Virus record (IMG/VR): IMGVR_UViG_3300030395_000347
Coordinates: 1-25,718 of that record
Reading direction: 5' to 3' (one strand)
Length of the DNA stretch: 25,718 nt
Source: a virus
Lineage: Duplodnaviria; Caudoviricetes
The position numbers and the translations under genes are program-made. A model generated the notes under the pieces. The model worked only from the letters and a program-made list of their open reading frames with translations, had not been told where the DNA came from and ran no database searches. Shown here piece after piece: positions 22,469 through 25,718 of the stretch (position 1 is the first letter of the stretch; each line of letters begins with the position of its first letter).

Positions 22469-24048
22469 TAAGATTCAGGTGGTGCAAGGGCTTCAGAGAT
22501 CATCTCCTCAGCATTGGGATTCTTAGTTGGGTCTGCCATAGGCGTTTTCAGCAGTTGTGGTGCCTGTTGCATCATCATCATGTCCTGCTGTTGTTGCATC
22601 TCAGCTTCCTTCTCAGCTTGCTGATCTTGCATACTCTTCACAAGGTTGAGAACATCAATGCCTTGTGCAGCAGCCAGCCGCTTGATAGCTTCGTCGGGAT
22701 TGAGATACTTCATCATTGCCTCAGGACCCAACGTCTGTGCAATGGTTGTGATAAATGCGGTCAAAGACTCACGATCTTGGCCGCGGCCTAAAGCGTTGAT
22801 ACCTGCCACGATGGTAGGGCTGACCAGATCTTTAGGAATCTTGGGCAGTTGTCCAGACCGTTGCAGAACCAATAGCTTTCGGTTCAGGTAAGGGACAAGG
22901 AACTCAACAGTCAGCAGAGAGAATAATCCACCGAGACTTTGTTCCAATTCAAGTTGTGTGAGGCGTACCTCTTCTGCAGTTGTGCGTTCTGATTGGCGTA
23001 CCGTCAGAACAAGAAATGCCTCTGCAATCCTGCGCTCAAGTGTTTGCATCTGCTGCGCCGCCGTAGCGAAGTCAGCAGTCTTACCTACCTGCACAACACC
23101 AACATCGTCAGGTCGTCCCTGAATGATTGCACCGTTCCCAGCAGCGGCTAGGGTCTGTGCTTTTGTGGTGCTAGAGGGTGAGACAAGGAAAACAACTTTT
23201 GCTGCTGCTGCAGAGCCTTCTACGATGGCCTGCGATAGTGCATTCAGTGACTTCAAATCACCAAGGAATTCTTCTACTCTACCTCGCCCATAGTTCTCAC
23301 CGTCAACGGCATTGAATCTAAGGACCAGCCAAGGTGATGCATCCTTCGGTGACTTACCATCACTGCCAGGAATCTTCTTACCAAAGACTTCCTGATGCCA
23401 TACCCATCGATTGTTGTCCAGACGGACGTGAGTAAATACCTCACAGTCGTCTCCCATTAGTGAGCTGCCTTTCTTCTCTACGTCGTTCAGGGCTTTGCCT
23501 TGTGTCTCGACGAGTTCAGGTGGCAGCAATTTTTTGTTGATTAGTTCTTTGGTAACAATCTCAATTACGTTGCCGTTGCCATCACGGTCTACAACGTAGC
23601 GGCTCAATGGATAATGCTTGACACCATCCTTACTCATATACATCAGAGCATTGCCACCGACCACCAAATGCTTAATAGCTTGGTGGACACTGACACGATC
23701 TGTTGACGCTGCGATGGAGTCCATCACCATGCGTTCAATTTTAGAGAAGCTGAGGTCAAGTTCAGACCTGATCTCTGCAGGCAGCTCAGTGCCAAGTTTG
23801 TCATCTCTAATTTGTAGTTTGAAAAACGTGGTCTGTGGAGGCAGAAGAGCAAGCATCAATTTAGATGCAAGCGTCACAACTGCTTTGGCTCCCACGCTTT
23901 GCCAAGGTTGTATAAGAGTTTTGTGGGTCGGCCTCATCTCATCACGTTGGATGAGGTAGGGCAGTGTAAGTTCAGAGCATTGAACAGCTACGTCAAGAAA
24001 CGTTTGGCGGCCACTTGTTAGATAATTGTACCTAGTTTGTGCGGTCAT
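22468..24048 (-). CDS. gp8: Portal (head-to-tail connector)
   Basis: PWQSVGAKAVVTLASKLMLALLPP, GENYGRGRVEEFLGDL, VRQSERTTAEEVR, ALGRGQD motifs. Confidence 0.97.
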   Translation of the reverse strand: MTAQTRYNYLTSGRQTFLDVAVQCSELTLPYLIQRDEMRPTHKTLIQPWQSVGAKAVVTLASKLMLALLPPQTTFFKLQIRDDKLGTELPAEIRSELDLSFSKIERMVMDSIAASTDRVSVHQAIKHLVVGGNALMYMSKDGVKHYPLSRYVVDRDGNGNVIEIVTKELINKKLLPPELVETQGKALNDVEKKGSSLMGDDCEVFTHVRLDNNRWVWHQEVFGKKIPGSDGKSPKDASPWLVLRFNAVDGENYGRGRVEEFLGDLKSLNALSQAIVEGSAAAAKVVFLVSPSSTTKAQTLAAAGNGAIIQGRPDDVGVVQVGKTADFATAAQQMQTLERRIAEAFLVLTVRQSERTTAEEVRLTQLELEQSLGGLFSLLTVEFLVPYLNRKLLVLQRSGQLPKIPKDLVSPTIVAGINALGRGQDRESLTAFITTIAQTLGPEAMMKYLNPDEAIKRLAAAQGIDVLNLVKSMQDQQAEKEAEMQQQQDMMMMQQAPQLLKTPMADPTKNPNAEEMISEALAPPES

Positions 24049-24052
24049 TTAT

Positions 24053-24379
24053 TTAACCAAGGTTAGTTGAACCACCTGAGGCACCAGGCATGTTGACGTT
24101 TGGATTCAGTTTGATGCGAAGCTTGCTCATGTTAGATTTCCTACGTCCTCTAATTGACTTCGCAGTTTTGATACCTTGGTTGGTATCGTCATAAGATGAT
24201 TTAACCTGCGTCGGTTCGTACATAACATCCTGACCAGGTTTCGGTGGATCAGGAATTTTTGCCATCATCTTTTCCATCTGTTTTTGATTGGCCTCAATCA
24301 TTTTTTGAGCTTGAGCTTGTGCAGCAGCATTAGCTTCGCGCTGCATCTTTGCATAATCGGGTCGGCGTCTACGACACAT
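24053..24379 (-). CDS. Small virion/tail assembly protein (T7 gp6.7/gp7.3-like position)
   Basis: MC start, Ala/Gln helix, Pro stretch, basic C-terminal ...SKLRIKL...G.NLG; immediately upstream of portal. Confidence 0.65.
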   Translation of the reverse strand: MCRRRRPDYAKMQREANAAAQAQAQKMIEANQKQMEKMMAKIPDPPKPGQDVMYEPTQVKSSYDDTNQGIKTAKSIRGRRKSNMSKLRIKLNPNVNMPGASGGSTNLG

Positions 24380-24381
24380 AG

Positions 24382-24543
24382 TTAGGGTTCCTTAATACGT
24401 TCACGTATCCAGTCAACGATTGAGCATTGACCAGAACGATACATGATTTGGTTAATAGGTGTATCTGGGTTGGGCTGGACCGGAGGAAACTTATCCTCCA
24501 GCTCCTCCACCAACCTCTCCACAGTCAAACCAATGTTAAGCAT
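24382..24543 (-). CDS. Conserved hypothetical protein (53 aa)
   Basis: MLNIGLTVERLVEELEDKFPP...IMYRSGQCSIVDWIRERI; start moved to the ATG at 24543, overlapping the RNR beta stop. Confidence 0.75.
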   Translation of the reverse strand: MLNIGLTVERLVEELEDKFPPVQPNPDTPINQIMYRSGQCSIVDWIRERIKEP

Positions 24544-25252
24544 ATTGGGGTAGATCGTTGTTACTGTGTTCAAAGAAAGCTGGAACACGGGATGCCTTTG
24601 TAAAGGACAGCTCAGGAGCCTTGCCCTCATACATCAGACGATCACTGGAATCCATCCAAAATTTTTTGTTCAAATGTTTGGTCGGGTTGTCTGCAGACAG
24701 AGGCTGCAAGACCCAACTCATAGTTGCCTTCCTGAGACGATCAAGAGAAGGACTGATGTTATACCCCAGCTCAGTATGAACCAGACTATTGGTAGCCACA
24801 TGAATTTGTTCATCTCTGGAAATATCTGCGCTGACAGTTCTCATGCCAGCGTCACCAAGAGCGCGAAAGAGTGGTAAAAGAACGAAGAAAATCGCACGCT
24901 CGGCAACCATGGCCTTTGTGATCGTGTGATCTGGATGCGAAGTCCAAGCTTCACGAAGCCGAAGGGCTTCAGCCTCAGCTTTCTCATCAACCCCGTGAGC
25001 CAGGGCAATGAAACCAAGTGCGAGGTCATGTTTTTCTTCGTCCTTGACGTTGGACACGAGTAGTTCACGCGCCAACTCTGGTACTTCAGTGGCAAGAGCT
25101 TCATTGATAAAATCTCCCACAGGCAGTTCCATGTGACGCAAGGCAAGGGCACGTTTCAATACATCGTGTGCCCCTTCCTTGATCGTACCAGCAGTTGTTT
25201 GTACTGGTGTCCATGTTCTTTTTCGTTCGATAAGTTTTTGATACGGGTTCAT
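24536..25252 (-). CDS. nrdB: Ribonucleotide reductase class I beta subunit (ferritin-like, cyanophage type)
   Basis: Two DExxH di-metal motifs (DEEKH, DEQIH), further Glu ligands (MELP, AERAIFF), N-terminal Trp and C-terminal Tyr (LPQYA); ATGA-coupled to the alpha subunit. Confidence 0.85.
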   Translation of the reverse strand: MNPYQKLIERKRTWTPVQTTAGTIKEGAHDVLKRALALRHMELPVGDFINEALATEVPELARELLVSNVKDEEKHDLALGFIALAHGVDEKAEAEALRLREAWTSHPDHTITKAMVAERAIFFVLLPLFRALGDAGMRTVSADISRDEQIHVATNSLVHTELGYNISPSLDRLRKATMSWVLQPLSADNPTKHLNKKFWMDSSDRLMYEGKAPELSFTKASRVPAFFEHSNNDLPQYA

Positions 25253-25718
25253 TCTTGACAGTCGCAGGTTTGTTCTTCATTAAGAATGTCTGCAAGGTAC
25301 TCATCAACGTCCGACTGAAGCGCAGCATAAACATCTGACTTATCCTGGGTGTCTGGCATCACTTGCAAACTGTAGTAAAGGGAGGTTTGCGGAGATTCCA
25401 ACCACTCTTCGATAAAGGCTTCGTCATATGTAACGACATCACTCCAACTGTTGAAGCTGTACCCGTGAAGAAGTCCCGTGCGGTCGAGCATGGTCATGAT
25501 GCCATCGGCAACACGTTTGTAGTTTGCCCAACCAACTTCTGATGCGATTTCTACATCGCCATATTCGTATGTCTCGACACCAAAGGTGCCACTATCCCTG
25601 TCTACTGTACGCCCGACAGGCGGAGCGATTTCTGGTGTGCAAGTATAACCATCCAGATCCTTGCTTCGATAACTGCAGGAGGCAGTGGGTGCGATAGCAA
25701 AGGCTCGAACCATATTAT
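25249..25718 (-). CDS. nrdA: Ribonucleotide reductase alpha subunit, C-terminal part (truncated by window)
   Basis: AIAPTASCS loop, SLYYSL di-tyrosine typical of class I, C-terminal CDC redox pair; frame open to the window end. Confidence 0.9.
   Translation of the reverse strand, partial: NMVRAFAIAPTASCSYRSKDLDGYTCTPEIAPPVGRTVDRDSGTFGVETYEYGDVEIASEVGWANYKRVADGIMTMLDRTGLLHGYSFNSWSDVVTYDEAFIEEWLESPQTSLYYSLQVMPDTQDKSDVYAALQSDVDEYLADILNEEQTCDCQE

Noticed and set aside
1-25718. Phage RNA polymerase promoters, tRNAs, introns/inteins
   Set aside because: No repeated ~23-bp promoter consensus, cloverleaf or interrupted gene was recognised by eye; a motif search on the whole genome would be needed to exclude promoters.

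Overview
This window is the late (morphogenesis) half of a T7-like podovirus genome (Autographiviridae), most likely a marine cyanopodovirus. Every credible gene is on the minus strand, and many are coupled by overlapping stop/start codons. In transcription order (right to left) it carries: the C-terminus of a class I ribonucleotide reductase alpha subunit, a Tyr-radical-less beta subunit, two small genes, portal, scaffold, an accessory interval, major capsid with a T-phi-like terminator, tail tubes A/B, internal virion proteins gp13-gp16, a 1687-aa mosaic tail fibre, three paralogous fibre-tip proteins, a tail-fibre chaperone and two small genes. The most interesting part is the scaffold-capsid interval (20352-21690), which the ORF track largely misses. 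It holds five very Lys/Arg-rich micro-proteins, a Downstream-peptide (glutamine-II) riboswitch driving a YRG/DUF4278-type peptide, and an overlapping 33-aa ORF resembling the capsid N-terminus. It also holds a highly structured capsid leader with no Shine-Dalgarno at the AUG. A second notable feature is an apparently circularly permuted M23 peptidase at the gp15 C-terminus. All assignments come from motif recognition and gene order by eye; no searches were run.
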